Part shown: in pieces, positions 38,232-47,194 of the stretch | Layout: each line of letters opens with the position of its first letter | Position numbering within the stretch: the first letter of the stretch is position 1 | Assembly: GCA_965284495.1 (NCBI GenBank) | Contig: OZ260105.1 | Span: 260,049 to 324,048, forward strand | Direction of reading: 5' to 3' | DNA from: Burkholderiaceae bacterium | GTDB taxonomy: Bacteria > Pseudomonadota > Gammaproteobacteria > Burkholderiales > Burkholderiaceae_C | Length of the DNA stretch: 64,000 nucleotides | Position numbers and translations under genes: made by a program | The notes under the pieces: model-generated | What the model was told of the DNA's origin: nothing | Databases searched by the model: none | The model's input: the letters and a program-made list of their open reading frames with translations, nothing else

Positions 38232-38744
38232 TCACGCGGACAGCGCCTGCGCGCTCACCACGATCCCGTCCGCGTCGGCGTACAGCCAATCCCCGGGGCG
38301 AACCCACACGCCCTGGATCTGCACCGCCACATCGCGCTGGCCCTCGTTGCGCTTTTCGGTCGGCAACGGCATCAGTGCCAGCGCGCGGATGCCGACAGCA
38401 GCCGCATTGAGCTCGGTCACGTCGCGCACGCACCCGTCCACCACAATGCCAGCCCAACCGTTGCGCGCGGCGGCGGCGGCCAGGTTGCCACCCACCAGCG
38501 CGCGGCGCAGGGATGCGCCACCGTCCACCACCAGCACGCGGCCGTCGCCCGGGGAGTCCACCGCAGCCTTTACCAGGGTGTTGTCCTCGTAGCACTTCAC
38601 CGTGCTGACCGGGCCTGCGAAGCTGACCACACCACCGAACGACTGAAACACCGGAGGCAGGACGCGAAACGCGCCGCTGATATCGCCCTTGTGGGTATCG
38701 CAAAAGTCGCAGGTGCTGAACGCGGGAAGAGACGTGGAGGTCAT
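38232..38744 (-). CDS. rraA: RraA/HMG-aldolase family protein
   Basis: TVKCYEDNT, VLVVDGG, AL.GGNL, GWAGIVVDGCVRD. Confidence 0.85.
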   Translation of the reverse strand: MTSTSLPAFSTCDFCDTHKGDISGAFRVLPPVFQSFGGVVSFAGPVSTVKCYEDNTLVKAAVDSPGDGRVLVVDGGASLRRALVGGNLAAAAARNGWAGIVVDGCVRDVTELNAAAVGIRALALMPLPTEKRNEGQRDVAVQIQGVWVRPGDWLYADADGIVVSAQALSA

Positions 38745-39155
38745 TGCACGGGGCCTTTCAGACAATAAAAACGAAGATAAAGATAGAAGCGGAAGCTTGC
38801 AAACCGCTGCAAGCCCCACGCACGGGGCGGCCGACGGTTCGCTTTCACTGATTGTTGCGCAGCGCTGCAGGTGGACGACACGAAAACAAGGGGCCGAACG
38901 CAAGCGCACAACCCCAAAACCCACAGCCACCCTTTTAAACGCCAAAACGCAGCGCCTCTGCACATGATTTGTCAAGATTGGCGCGGCTCCTGGGCGACTT
39001 GGGGCGGGCTGCGCGGCTCCACAGCTACAAATCGAGGCAAAAAAAGCGGTTTCTCCCTTGGAAACGCGTTTTTTTCCCAGTAGCATCGGCCTGCCAGAGA
39101 GACAGCCTCGTTTTCGCTGGTGAAAAAAATCTACTTCCAACAAGGAACACCCAAC

Positions 39156-39488
39156 ATGGCAACTGCAAAAAAAGCTCCGGCAAAGACAGCAACGGCAGCC
39201 AAGGCGCCCGCCACCTCGGCCGCTGCACCCGCCAAGAAGCGCACCCCTAACGCCGCCTTCATGAAGGCGCTCACGCCCAGCCCCGCGCTGGCCGCTGTGG
39301 TGGGCTCGGCTCCGCTGCCGCGCACGGAGATCATCAGCAAGCTGTGGGTCTACATCAAGGCCAACAACCTGCAGGATGCCGCCAACAAGCGCAACATCAA
39401 CGCAGACGCCAAGCTCAAGGAGCTGTTCGGCAAGCCCCAGGTGTCGATGTTTGAACTGGCTGGCCTGATCGGCAAGCACGTCAAATAA
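39156..39488 (+). CDS. Stand-alone SWIB/MDM2-domain protein with Ala/Lys-rich N-tail
   Basis: LPRTEIISKLWVYIKANNLQDAANKRNINADAKL. Confidence 0.9.
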   Translation: MATAKKAPAKTATAAKAPATSAAAPAKKRTPNAAFMKALTPSPALAAVVGSAPLPRTEIISKLWVYIKANNLQDAANKRNINADAKLKELFGKPQVSMFELAGLIGKHVK

Positions 39489-39513
39489 GACGCACGACGC
39501 GCTGCACTTGCTG

Positions 39514-39545
39514 CAAAAAAGAACCGGCTCTGGCCGGTTTTTTTT
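39514..39545 (+). terminator. Intrinsic terminator
   Basis: AACCGG-CTCTGG-CCGGTT followed by T-run. Confidence 0.75.
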
Positions 39546-39588
39546 CGTCGGTACTGCCCGGAATGTGTGGCGCGACAACATCAATACA

Positions 39589-39607
39589 AATGAGAATGAC
39601 CCGCATT
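39589..39607. promoter_or_regulatory. Fur box upstream of the TonB-dependent receptor
   Basis: AATGAGAATGACCCGCATT, 9-1-9 Fur-like. Confidence 0.7.
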
Positions 39608-39707
39608 CGATGTAACATAACGCTGCACGACGAAGCACAGCCATGTTGATCTAGCCACTGCCTTTCGCCAGCTCAAGGCGCCACTGCGCGCCACTCGCAC
39701 ACACCCA

Positions 39708-41975
39708 TTGACGGAGGCCACCTTGGCAAAATCACGCGCTCAGCGCCGCAGCTCCGTGCTGCGCTCTAACACTTCCTCTGCTTCCATCACACCCGCCGCA
39801 CCCGCGCGAGCAATGGCTTCTGAAAGAGCATTTTTGCCGCTGGGCGCGCTGATGCTGGCGGCATCGGTGGGCGCCATGGCGCAGACCAGCACGCCAGAAA
39901 CCACCATGTCCACCGTGACCGTGAAGGAAGCTGCTGAAGTCCAGGGCAAGGACACCCTGCTGCTCAAGAAAACCACGGTCGGCAAGGGCAACCAAGACAT
40001 CAAGGACATTCCCCAGTCCGTGACGGTGTTCACCGAAAAACTGATGAACGACCGCAACCAGGACGACTTCCGCGAAGTGCTGCGCACTACGGCGGGGGTG
40101 ACCTTCCAGTCCGGCGAAACCGGCGAGGAAGACGTGCGCATGCGTGGCTTCTCGCTGGGCTTGGCGGGTGACATCTACGTGGACGGCATGAAAGACGCGC
40201 CGCTGATCGAACGCGACACCTTCAACAACGACCGCATTGAAGTGCTGAAGGGCTCGGCGTCGATGCTCTTCGGCAAGGGTTCCACCGGCGGCGTGGTCAA
40301 CCAGGTCAACAAGTACCCACTGCTGATCGACCAGCACGAAGCCGGCTACACCTTTGGCACGGGCCAGTTCCACCGCGCCACGGGCGACTTCAACTTCAAG
40401 ACCGGCGAAAACTCGGCCTTCCGCCTGAACGCCATGGTGCAGGAGTACGACAACTACGGCGCCAAGCAGGACAAGCGCGGCATTGCGCCCACCTTCGCCT
40501 GGGGCATCGGTACGCGCGACGAGTTCTCGATCGGGCTGTACTACCTCGAATCCAAGGGTCGCCCGCTGTACAACCACCCCTGGCGCGTGGTCGGCGGCAA
40601 GATCAACACGCCACTGGATGCCCGCAATTACTACGGTCTGGCCAGCGACCACAACAACACCACGTCGCAGTACGTCACGCTGGGCCACATCCACCGCTTT
40701 GACGACAACGGAGAGCTGACCACACGCCTGCGCTATGGCCAGTACGAGCGCGACCTGCTGGCCAGCACCATCGGCTTCCAGAACGGCAACATCACGCTGG
40801 GCCAGATCAATGGCAGCACCGCGCTGACCCGTGGCTCCAAGGGTCGCCTGGGCGAGAGCGAAGTGCTGCAAGTGCAAAGCGACTACAACAACACCTTCAA
40901 CTGGGGTGGCAGAAAGCATGCCGTGCTGGCAGGCGTCGATTACTACGACGACGATGCCAAGCGCAACCAGAACTACGCCAACACCACGCCGCGCCCCAAC
41001 ACCACCGTGGGCTCGCCCAACGATGGCGCGTGGGTGGCCGATGGCCGTGCACCGGTGCAATGGAACACGTTCACCTCGCGCAACCTGGGCCTGTATTTGC
41101 AAGACACTGTCTCGCTCAACGACACCTTGAAGCTGGTGGGCGGCTTGCGCTATGACAACTTCAAGGCCTCTTACAAGAACGCCACCGGGGCTCTGAGCAA
41201 CTCCCGCTCCGACAGCTTGGTCAGCCCCCGCGTAGGCGTGTTGTTCCAGCCCACCGAGCTGACCTCGTACTACGTGTCCTATGGCACCTCGTACAACACC
41301 TCGGGCGACACGTACCAGTTCGGCAACCCGGGCAACACCACGTCGCGATCGGCCAACACTGACCCCGAAAAGAGCCGCAACGTCGAGATTGGCGGCAAGT
41401 TCGAGCTGTTTGAGCGCCGCGCCCTGCTGGGTGTGGCTGCGTTCTACAGCCAGAAGTACAACGAGCGCAACACCGACCCCGACACCGCAGCTGCACAAGA
41501 GCTGCTGTCCGGCAAGCGCCACGCCACCGGCATGGAATTCAACCTTGCAGGCCGCCTTACGCCCAAGTGGGAACTGTTCGCCAACCACACCTGGATTCCT
41601 GCGGCCAAGATCGACAGCAGCAACGTGGCGCTGGCGGCCAATGGCGGCGGCGCACAGGTGCAGGGCGACCGCCCAGGCCTCACGCCCAAGCACAGCGGCA
41701 GCGTGTGGAGCACCTATGCAGTCACCTCCAAAGTGCGCATGGGCGCGGGCGTGACGTACCGCAGCAAGCAAAACCCCGAAGGTTCGCGCGCTGTGACCGC
41801 CAGTGGCTTCGCGGTGATGGACGCCATGGTCGAGTACGCGTTCGACGACAAGACCACGCTGAAGCTCAACGTCAACAACCTGTTTGACCGCACGTATGCG
41901 GACGGCCTGTACCGCGGTTTTTACACGCCGGGCACGGCGCGTTCCGTGCAGGTGTCGCTGAAGACGCGCTTCTGA
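39708..41975 (+). CDS. TonB-dependent siderophore receptor (Fiu/PiuA-like); exact start uncertain
   Basis: Plug motifs (IPQSVTV, RIEVLKGSASMLFG), NLFDRTY, C-terminal F. Confidence 0.9.
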   Translation: MTEATLAKSRAQRRSSVLRSNTSSASITPAAPARAMASERAFLPLGALMLAASVGAMAQTSTPETTMSTVTVKEAAEVQGKDTLLLKKTTVGKGNQDIKDIPQSVTVFTEKLMNDRNQDDFREVLRTTAGVTFQSGETGEEDVRMRGFSLGLAGDIYVDGMKDAPLIERDTFNNDRIEVLKGSASMLFGKGSTGGVVNQVNKYPLLIDQHEAGYTFGTGQFHRATGDFNFKTGENSAFRLNAMVQEYDNYGAKQDKRGIAPTFAWGIGTRDEFSIGLYYLESKGRPLYNHPWRVVGGKINTPLDARNYYGLASDHNNTTSQYVTLGHIHRFDDNGELTTRLRYGQYERDLLASTIGFQNGNITLGQINGSTALTRGSKGRLGESEVLQVQSDYNNTFNWGGRKHAVLAGVDYYDDDAKRNQNYANTTPRPNTTVGSPNDGAWVADGRAPVQWNTFTSRNLGLYLQDTVSLNDTLKLVGGLRYDNFKASYKNATGALSNSRSDSLVSPRVGVLFQPTELTSYYVSYGTSYNTSGDTYQFGNPGNTTSRSANTDPEKSRNVEIGGKFELFERRALLGVAAFYSQKYNERNTDPDTAAAQELLSGKRHATGMEFNLAGRLTPKWELFANHTWIPAAKIDSSNVALAANGGGAQVQGDRPGLTPKHSGSVWSTYAVTSKVRMGAGVTYRSKQNPEGSRAVTASGFAVMDAMVEYAFDDKTTLKLNVNNLFDRTYADGLYRGFYTPGTARSVQVSLKTRF

Positions 41976-41980
41976 CGTTC

Positions 41981-42036
41981 GATGTATTGATGCGTTGATG
42001 CGTTGATGCGTTGATGCGTTGATGCGTTGATGTTCT
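41981..42036. repeat. 8-nt tandem repeat GATGCGTT x5 plus 2 degenerate units
   Basis: Perfect units at 41989-42028, starting just after the receptor stop codon. Confidence 0.95.
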
Positions 42037-42083
42037 GACGAAACGGCTCCGCCCCTTCACTGGGGCGGAGTCACAATCGCACC

Positions 42084-42776
42084 ATGTTTTTGCACATCAA
42101 AGAAGTCTTGACAGCCGAAGAGGTTGCGCTCTTTCGGCAGCAGCTCTGGGCAGCGAATGCGCCCTGGATCGACGGCGCCCGCAGTGCAGGTGGACAGGCG
42201 GTGCACCAGAAGAACAACCGGCAACTGGCGCAAGGCAGCGAGCTGTCCGCCCAGCTGCAAGGGATGGTGAAGGCGGCACTGAATCGCAACGCCCTGTTCT
42301 TTTCGGCGGCCCTGCCGCGCCGCATTTACAACCCGCTGTTCAACCAATACGGCGACGACTCCAACTTTTACGGCAACCATGTGGACAGCGCCGTCATGCA
42401 CTCCAAAGCAGACAACTGCTGGGTGCGCAGCGACTTGTCCTGCACGCTGTTCCTGACCCCGCCGGAAGACTATGACGGCGGTGAGCTGGTCATCTGCGAC
42501 GCGATGGGCGAAAAACGCATCAAGCTGCCAGCGGGCGACCTGATCCTGTACCCCAGCAGCACGGTGCACCAGGTTTCACCGGTCACGCGCGGCCACCGCA
42601 TCAGCAGTTTCTTCTGGGTAGAGAGCATGGTGCGCGGGCTGGAGCAGCGCCAGTTGCTGTTCGACATGGACATGTCGCTGCTCAGGCTGCGCCAGGCGCA
42701 TGGCGAAAAAGAAGCCTCGGTCATCGCGCTATCGGGCACCTACCACAACCTGTTGCGCATGTGGGCCGATGTCTGA
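42084..42776 (+). CDS. piuC: PKHD-type Fe(II)/2-oxoglutarate dioxygenase (PiuC/YbiX)
   Basis: FYGNHVD, DLSCTLFL, YDGGEL, LHQV-type H, SFFWVES, HNLLRMW. Confidence 0.85.
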   Translation: MFLHIKEVLTAEEVALFRQQLWAANAPWIDGARSAGGQAVHQKNNRQLAQGSELSAQLQGMVKAALNRNALFFSAALPRRIYNPLFNQYGDDSNFYGNHVDSAVMHSKADNCWVRSDLSCTLFLTPPEDYDGGELVICDAMGEKRIKLPAGDLILYPSSTVHQVSPVTRGHRISSFFWVESMVRGLEQRQLLFDMDMSLLRLRQAHGEKEASVIALSGTYHNLLRMWADV

Positions 42777-42811
42777 GATGGCACACCGGCCACACCATTC
42801 GCTCATTTTTC

Positions 42812-42856
42812 AATAGCACCTCGCGCTTACCAAATAAGCGCCAGCTGCTATTTTGC
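42812..42856 (-). repeat. Family A variant copy abutting the next start codon
   Basis: ATAGCACCTCGCGCTT-N7-AAGCGCCAGCTGCTAT. Confidence 0.7.
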
Positions 42857-42860
42857 TTGT

Positions 42861-44009
42861 ATGACCCACACTCCCGCGCGGCAAAAACTACCGTCCAACA
42901 TCGCTACCCTGGCCGACCACGAGTTGCAGGCGCGCCAGCATCTGGACGACAACGCCTGGGCCTACTTCAGCGGCGGTGCTGGCGACGAGATCACCCTGCG
43001 CGCCAACCGCAGCGCCTGGGATGCCCTTCCCCTGTGGCCCCGTGTGCTGCGGCCGTTGGCGGGCGGCCATACCCGGGTGGACCTGCTGGGCCGCACGCTG
43101 GCGCATCCCATTCTGCTGGCGCCCGTCGCTTTTCAGCGCCTGGCCCATCCCGACGGCGAACTGGCCATGGCATACGCTGCCGCCGCTCTGGGCGCGGGCA
43201 TTGTGCTCAGCACCCAGGCCAGCGTGTCGCTGGAGGCGGTTGCCCAAGCGGTGCAGCCCGACCCGGGCCGTGGCCCGTTGTGGTTTCAGCTGTACCTGCA
43301 GCACGACCGCGGCTTTACCCAGGCACTGGTGCAGCGCGCCGAATCCGCCGGTTACGAGGCCCTGGTGCTCACCGTGGACGCCCCCACCAGCGGCGTGCGC
43401 GACCGCGAAAGGCGCGCCGGGTTCAGGCTGCCGCCCGGTATCGGTCCCGTCAACCTTGTTGGCCTGCCAACGCCGCCATCGCCCCCATCACCCCCCTTGC
43501 AACCCAGCCAGAGCGCCCTGTTTGACGGGCTGCTGCGGCATGCCCCGACCTGGGACGACATTGCCTGGCTGCAGTCCATCACACGGTTGCCAGTGCTGCT
43601 CAAGGGCGTGATGCATCCGGGCGACGCGCGCCAGGGGGTGTCTTTGGGTGTCGCCGGCCTTATCGTTTCCAACCACGGCGGCCGTACGCTGGATACCAGC
43701 CCCAGCACCGCCAGCGCGCTGCCGCGTGTGGCAGATGCTGTGGCGGGTGCAGTGCCCGTGCTGGTCGACGGCGGCATCCGCCGTGGCACCGACGTGCTCA
43801 AGGCCATGGCGCTCGGCGCGTCGGCCGTGCTGGTGGGGCGGCCTGCGGTGTGGGGCCTGGCCAATGCGGGCGCAGCTGGCGTAGCGAATGTGCTGCGCCT
43901 TCTACGCGACGAGCTGGAAATCGCCATGGCGCTCACGGGTTGCGCCACGCTGGCCGATGCGTCACCCGCGCTGCTGGACCTTGAGGCAGCGCGCGGCCAG
44001 CGGTGGTGA
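42861..44009 (+). CDS. FMN-dependent alpha-hydroxy acid oxidase/dehydrogenase
   Basis: WFQLY, LTVD, LKGV, SNHGGRTLD, DGGIRRGTDVLKA.ALGA. Confidence 0.92.
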   Translation: MTHTPARQKLPSNIATLADHELQARQHLDDNAWAYFSGGAGDEITLRANRSAWDALPLWPRVLRPLAGGHTRVDLLGRTLAHPILLAPVAFQRLAHPDGELAMAYAAAALGAGIVLSTQASVSLEAVAQAVQPDPGRGPLWFQLYLQHDRGFTQALVQRAESAGYEALVLTVDAPTSGVRDRERRAGFRLPPGIGPVNLVGLPTPPSPPSPPLQPSQSALFDGLLRHAPTWDDIAWLQSITRLPVLLKGVMHPGDARQGVSLGVAGLIVSNHGGRTLDTSPSTASALPRVADAVAGAVPVLVDGGIRRGTDVLKAMALGASAVLVGRPAVWGLANAGAAGVANVLRLLRDELEIAMALTGCATLADASPALLDLEAARGQRW

Positions 44010-44049
44010 GGCTTTCTCGCGTTTTCTCCCTGCTGATAGAAGTGATTTA

Positions 44050-44079
44050 TTGCAAATGCGATGGATTCGTATTTATAAT
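44050..44079 (+). promoter_or_regulatory. bfd promoter with overlapping Fur-like box
   Basis: TTGCAA-N18-TATAAT; AATGCGATGGATTCGTATT at 44055-44073. Confidence 0.65.
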
Positions 44080-44120
44080 GAACCTCATTCCTTCAACAGC
44101 CAGCCACACTGCCTGCCGCC

Positions 44121-44393
44121 ATGATCGTCTGCGTTTGCCGCCGGATTTCTGACCGTGAGATTGCACGCCATGCCCGCGCTGGCATGAGCTTTGACGAAAT
44201 CCAGTTTGAACTGGGCGTGGCCACCCAATGCGGGTGCTGCGAAAGCTGCGCCCGCGACGTGGTCGCGCAGTGCAGTGCATCGCGCCCGGTGGCCGCCCTG
44301 CGCAACGAGGCCGCACCGCAAACGATCCAGCTTGCCAGCTCCATTTTGGAAAGCAAGTCATGGAACTCCTCTCTACACTCGCAGGCAGCCTGA
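44121..44393 (+). CDS. bfd: Bacterioferritin-associated ferredoxin
   Basis: MIVCVC...CGCC [2Fe-2S] ligands. Confidence 0.9.
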   Translation: MIVCVCRRISDREIARHARAGMSFDEIQFELGVATQCGCCESCARDVVAQCSASRPVAALRNEAAPQTIQLASSILESKSWNSSLHSQAA

Positions 44394-44446
44394 TCCTCGT
44401 CGCAGGCTCGGCCTGGTGGATCTTCCGCAAATAATTAAGGTCTTTT

Positions 44447-44496
44447 TGGCCTCTAGCGCTTATTTCATAAGCGCTAGCAGCTATCATTTTTATGTC
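44447..44496 (+). repeat. Family A repeat copy overlapping the tonB start
   Basis: TGGCCT-CTAGCGCTT-N7-AAGCGCTAG-CA-GCTAT-N7-ATGTC. Confidence 0.9.
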
Positions 44497-45181
44497 TCAG
44501 CCTGATCGTTTCGCGTCCCCCGGGGGCGTCAGTCGCAATGCCGTGATCGTGGGCTCTGTGGTGGCATTGCACGTGGCTGGCATCTGGGCCTTGCAGTCCG
44601 GTCTGCTGCGCAAAGCCGCCGAAGTCATCGTGCCTGCCGAGCTGTTGAGCGAATTCATCGCCCCGCCAGCCCCCCCCAAGGTCACCCCCCCACCGCCAGC
44701 GCCACCCCCACCGCCCAAGCCAGCGCCCAAAGTAGCGCCGCGCCCGGCCCCGATGCCCGTGGCCATCACCGACCCGACACCTGCGCCCAATGCCCCCACC
44801 GGCATCACCACGCCGCAGCCGCCTGCGCCGCCCATCGAGGCCCCGGCAGCGCCTCCAGCTCCGGCCCCTGCACCACCAGCCCCACCCGCGCCGCCGCGGA
44901 TCGAGCTGCCGTCCAGCGACGCTGCCTATCTGAACAACCCCAAGCCCGGCTACCCCGCCATCAGCAAACGCATGGGCGAGCAGGGCAAAGTGGTGCTACG
45001 TGTGCTGATTGGCACCGACGGCTTGCCGCAAAAGGTAGAAATCAGCAAGTCCAGCGGTTTTGACCGGCTGGACCGCCAGGCGCAGGAGGCGGTCATGCGC
45101 TGGCGCTTCGTGGCCGGCAAACGCAATGGCGTGCCTGAGACCATGTGGAACCTGGTCCCTGTCAACTTTGTTCTCGAATAA
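44492..45181 (+). CDS. tonB: TonB energy transducer
   Basis: N-terminal TM, Pro-rich linker, PGYP...GEQGKV.LRV..SSGF.RLD. Confidence 0.92.
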   Translation: MSQPDRFASPGGVSRNAVIVGSVVALHVAGIWALQSGLLRKAAEVIVPAELLSEFIAPPAPPKVTPPPPAPPPPPKPAPKVAPRPAPMPVAITDPTPAPNAPTGITTPQPPAPPIEAPAAPPAPAPAPPAPPAPPRIELPSSDAAYLNNPKPGYPAISKRMGEQGKVVLRVLIGTDGLPQKVEISKSSGFDRLDRQAQEAVMRWRFVAGKRNGVPETMWNLVPVNFVLE

Positions 45182-45219
45182 TCAATTCACGCATATCACT
45201 GCATTTAGGGGAGTTTTTC

Positions 45220-45939
45220 ATGGAATCGCAATTCGGCATCGCCAACGTCTGGATCCAGGGTGACTTTGTCACCCGCGCCGTCGCCATCCTGCTGCTGGCC
45301 ATGTCGCTGGCCTCGTGGATCGTCATCCTCATCAAGACGCTGGACATCATCAAGTTCAAAAAACACGCCCGCGCCGCCAAGGACTTCTGGCACAGCGAAG
45401 ACTTTGCCGCAGGCCTGACCAAGCTGGGCACCGACCCGACCAACCCCTTCCGGCACCTGGCACTGGAAGGCCGCGAAGCCACCGCCCACCACCGCAACAC
45501 CAAGGCGCATCTGCACGATGCACTGGACGTGAGCGACTGGGTGACGCGCTGCCTGCGCAACTGCATTGATGAGTTCACGGCGCGCCTGCAGTCGGGCCTC
45601 GCCATCCTGGCCTCGGTGGGCTCCACCGCGCCGTTCATCGGCCTGTTCGGCACGGTGTGGGGCATCTACCATGCGCTGCTGGCCATTGGCACCTCAGGCC
45701 AGTCCACCATCGACAAGGTGGCCGGGCCGATTGGCGAGGCGCTGATCATGACCGCGCTGGGCCTGGCTGTCGCCATCCCGGCCGTGCTGGGCTACAACGC
45801 GCTGGTGCGTGGCAACAAGTCCATCCTGGGCGGCCTCAACAGCTTTGCGCACGACCTGCACGCCTACTTTGTGACCGGCGCCCGCGTGAATGCCGGTGGC
45901 GAACAAGGCAAGGTGGTGCCCATGAAGAAAGGCGGCTAA
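45220..45939 (+). CDS. exbB: ExbB (MotA/TolQ family)
   Basis: LASVGSTAPFIGLFGTVWGI, EALIMTALGLAVAIPA. Confidence 0.9.
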   Translation: MESQFGIANVWIQGDFVTRAVAILLLAMSLASWIVILIKTLDIIKFKKHARAAKDFWHSEDFAAGLTKLGTDPTNPFRHLALEGREATAHHRNTKAHLHDALDVSDWVTRCLRNCIDEFTARLQSGLAILASVGSTAPFIGLFGTVWGIYHALLAIGTSGQSTIDKVAGPIGEALIMTALGLAVAIPAVLGYNALVRGNKSILGGLNSFAHDLHAYFVTGARVNAGGEQGKVVPMKKGG

Positions 45940-45942
45940 GCC

Positions 45943-46353
45943 ATGGCCTTTGGAACCCAAGACGACGCCGATGAGGTGATGAACGAAATCAACATGACCC
46001 CCCTGGTGGACGTCATGCTGGTGTTGCTCATCATCTTCATCATCACGGTGCCGGTGATGAAACACTCGGTGAACGTGGACCTGCCCCGCGCCACCAACCA
46101 GGTCGAAGACATCAAGCCCGAAACCGTGCGGCTGTCCGTGGCGGCCGACGGCAAGTACTACTGGAACGAGTCGCAGGTGACGGACGAAGAGCTGCTGCCC
46201 CGCCTGCAAGCCGAAGCCGTCAAGGAGCCCCAGCCCGACCTGCATATCCGCGGCGACAAGGAAGTGCGCTACGAACGCGTGGCCCAGGCCATGGCCGCCG
46301 CCCAGCGTGCCGGGGTGCGCAAGATCGGTTTTGTGACCGACCCGGCGCCCTGA
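45943..46353 (+). CDS. exbD: ExbD
   Basis: EINMTPLVDVMLVLLIIF. Confidence 0.92.
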   Translation: MAFGTQDDADEVMNEINMTPLVDVMLVLLIIFIITVPVMKHSVNVDLPRATNQVEDIKPETVRLSVAADGKYYWNESQVTDEELLPRLQAEAVKEPQPDLHIRGDKEVRYERVAQAMAAAQRAGVRKIGFVTDPAP

Positions 46354-46590
46354 TTTTCTTGCAAGGCGCGACCCATCCCCTGCCCGGCCAGCCACCCGCT
46401 GACCGGGCAGTTCGCGTTTTGGGACGGGGTTGGGGCGAATCTGCCGTTGAAAGGCCACACCGGCACCGCAGACGCGTCGCCAGACCCACAAAGTGCCAAA
46501 CGACGACCTGCCAACCGACCTGATGAACGTTCCGAAAAACGCCCTGATAAACGCGCGGAAAAAAAGAACAAAAAGAAACAGAAAAACCGC

Positions 46591-46619
46591 TTGACCTGTT
46601 ATTGCGAATCGTTATCATT
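46591..46619 (+). promoter_or_regulatory. hemP promoter with Fur box
   Basis: A-rich UP-like tract, TTGACC-N16-TATCAT; ATTGCGAATCGTTATCATT at 46601-46619. Confidence 0.75.
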
Positions 46620-46655
46620 AGCAAAACGCACTGCAACGCAACAGGAAAACTCTTC

Positions 46656-46898
46656 ATGCAAGCCACACTGACCGCCGCCTCGCTCCTGCGTAATGTCCCA
46701 CCCGTCCCATCCGATCTGCCGGTGTCTCAAGCGACCTCACACACCTCCCAGCCCGCCGAAGCATTGGCGGTAGCAGTAGCGGGTGCCGTAGACAGCAGCG
46801 CACTGCTTCAAGGCCAAAAAGCGGTCGCCATCAGCCACAACGGCTCGGTGTACCGCCTGCAAGCCACCAAGCTGGGCAAGCTCATCCTGACCAAGTAA
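46656..46898 (+). CDS. hemP: Hemin uptake protein HemP
   Basis: SSALLQG...V.I.HNG..Y.L..TKLGKLILTK. Confidence 0.9.
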   Translation: MQATLTAASLLRNVPPVPSDLPVSQATSHTSQPAEALAVAVAGAVDSSALLQGQKAVAISHNGSVYRLQATKLGKLILTK

Positions 46899-47090
46899 TT
46901 AGTTTCTTCACTACAGCACTTGGCTCCAAGTTTCATCGTGGGGCGACTCCCGGGCTTGCACCAAGCTCGAAAGGGTCGTTTTTGCCAGCCAACGGGTTCG
47001 CCCGCGTAGCCAGGCTTTTTTTCTGACCAGACATCCTCGCCCCAGGATTCATTGACCACAAAAAAACCGGCCACTAAGCCGGTTTTTTTG
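46899..47090 (+). ncRNA. Structured hemP 3' UTR, candidate iron-regulated sRNA
   Basis: Several hairpins, including CGGG-TTCG-CCCG, between the hemP stop and the terminator. Confidence 0.4.
47060..47090. terminator. Bidirectional terminator
   Basis: AAAAAAACCGGC-CACTAA-GCCGGTTTTTTT. Confidence 0.85.
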
Positions 47091-47120
47091 TTTGTTGCGC
47101 CCAAGAACTTCAAGCCATTT

Positions 47121-47170
47121 TGGCCTCTAGCGCTTGATGAGCAAGCGCTAGCAGCTATCAGTTCAATAGT
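47121..47170 (+). repeat. Family A repeat copy
   Basis: TGGCCT-CTAGCGCTT-N7-AAGCGCTAG-CA-GCTAT-N7-ATAGT. Confidence 0.9.
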
Positions 47171-47194
47171 AGCCGCTTGTGTAAGCTGCCCAGC

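Noticed and set aside
38745-39644. Upstream ~300 aa of the 470-aa ORF ending in RraA
   Set aside because: Antisense to the SWIB gene and its terminator; the RraA domain starts at 38744
39732-41771. 679-aa antisense ORF opposite the TonB-dependent receptor (likewise 14844-16265, 51730-53436, 13112-14584, 35568-36653)
   Set aside because: Mirror-frame shadows expected from high-GC codon bias; no motifs; sense genes are intact
46354-46590. ORFs 46447-46671 and 46269-46571 in the exbD-hemP spacer
   Set aside because: Biased low-complexity translations over the A-rich promoter tract; no RBS or motifs
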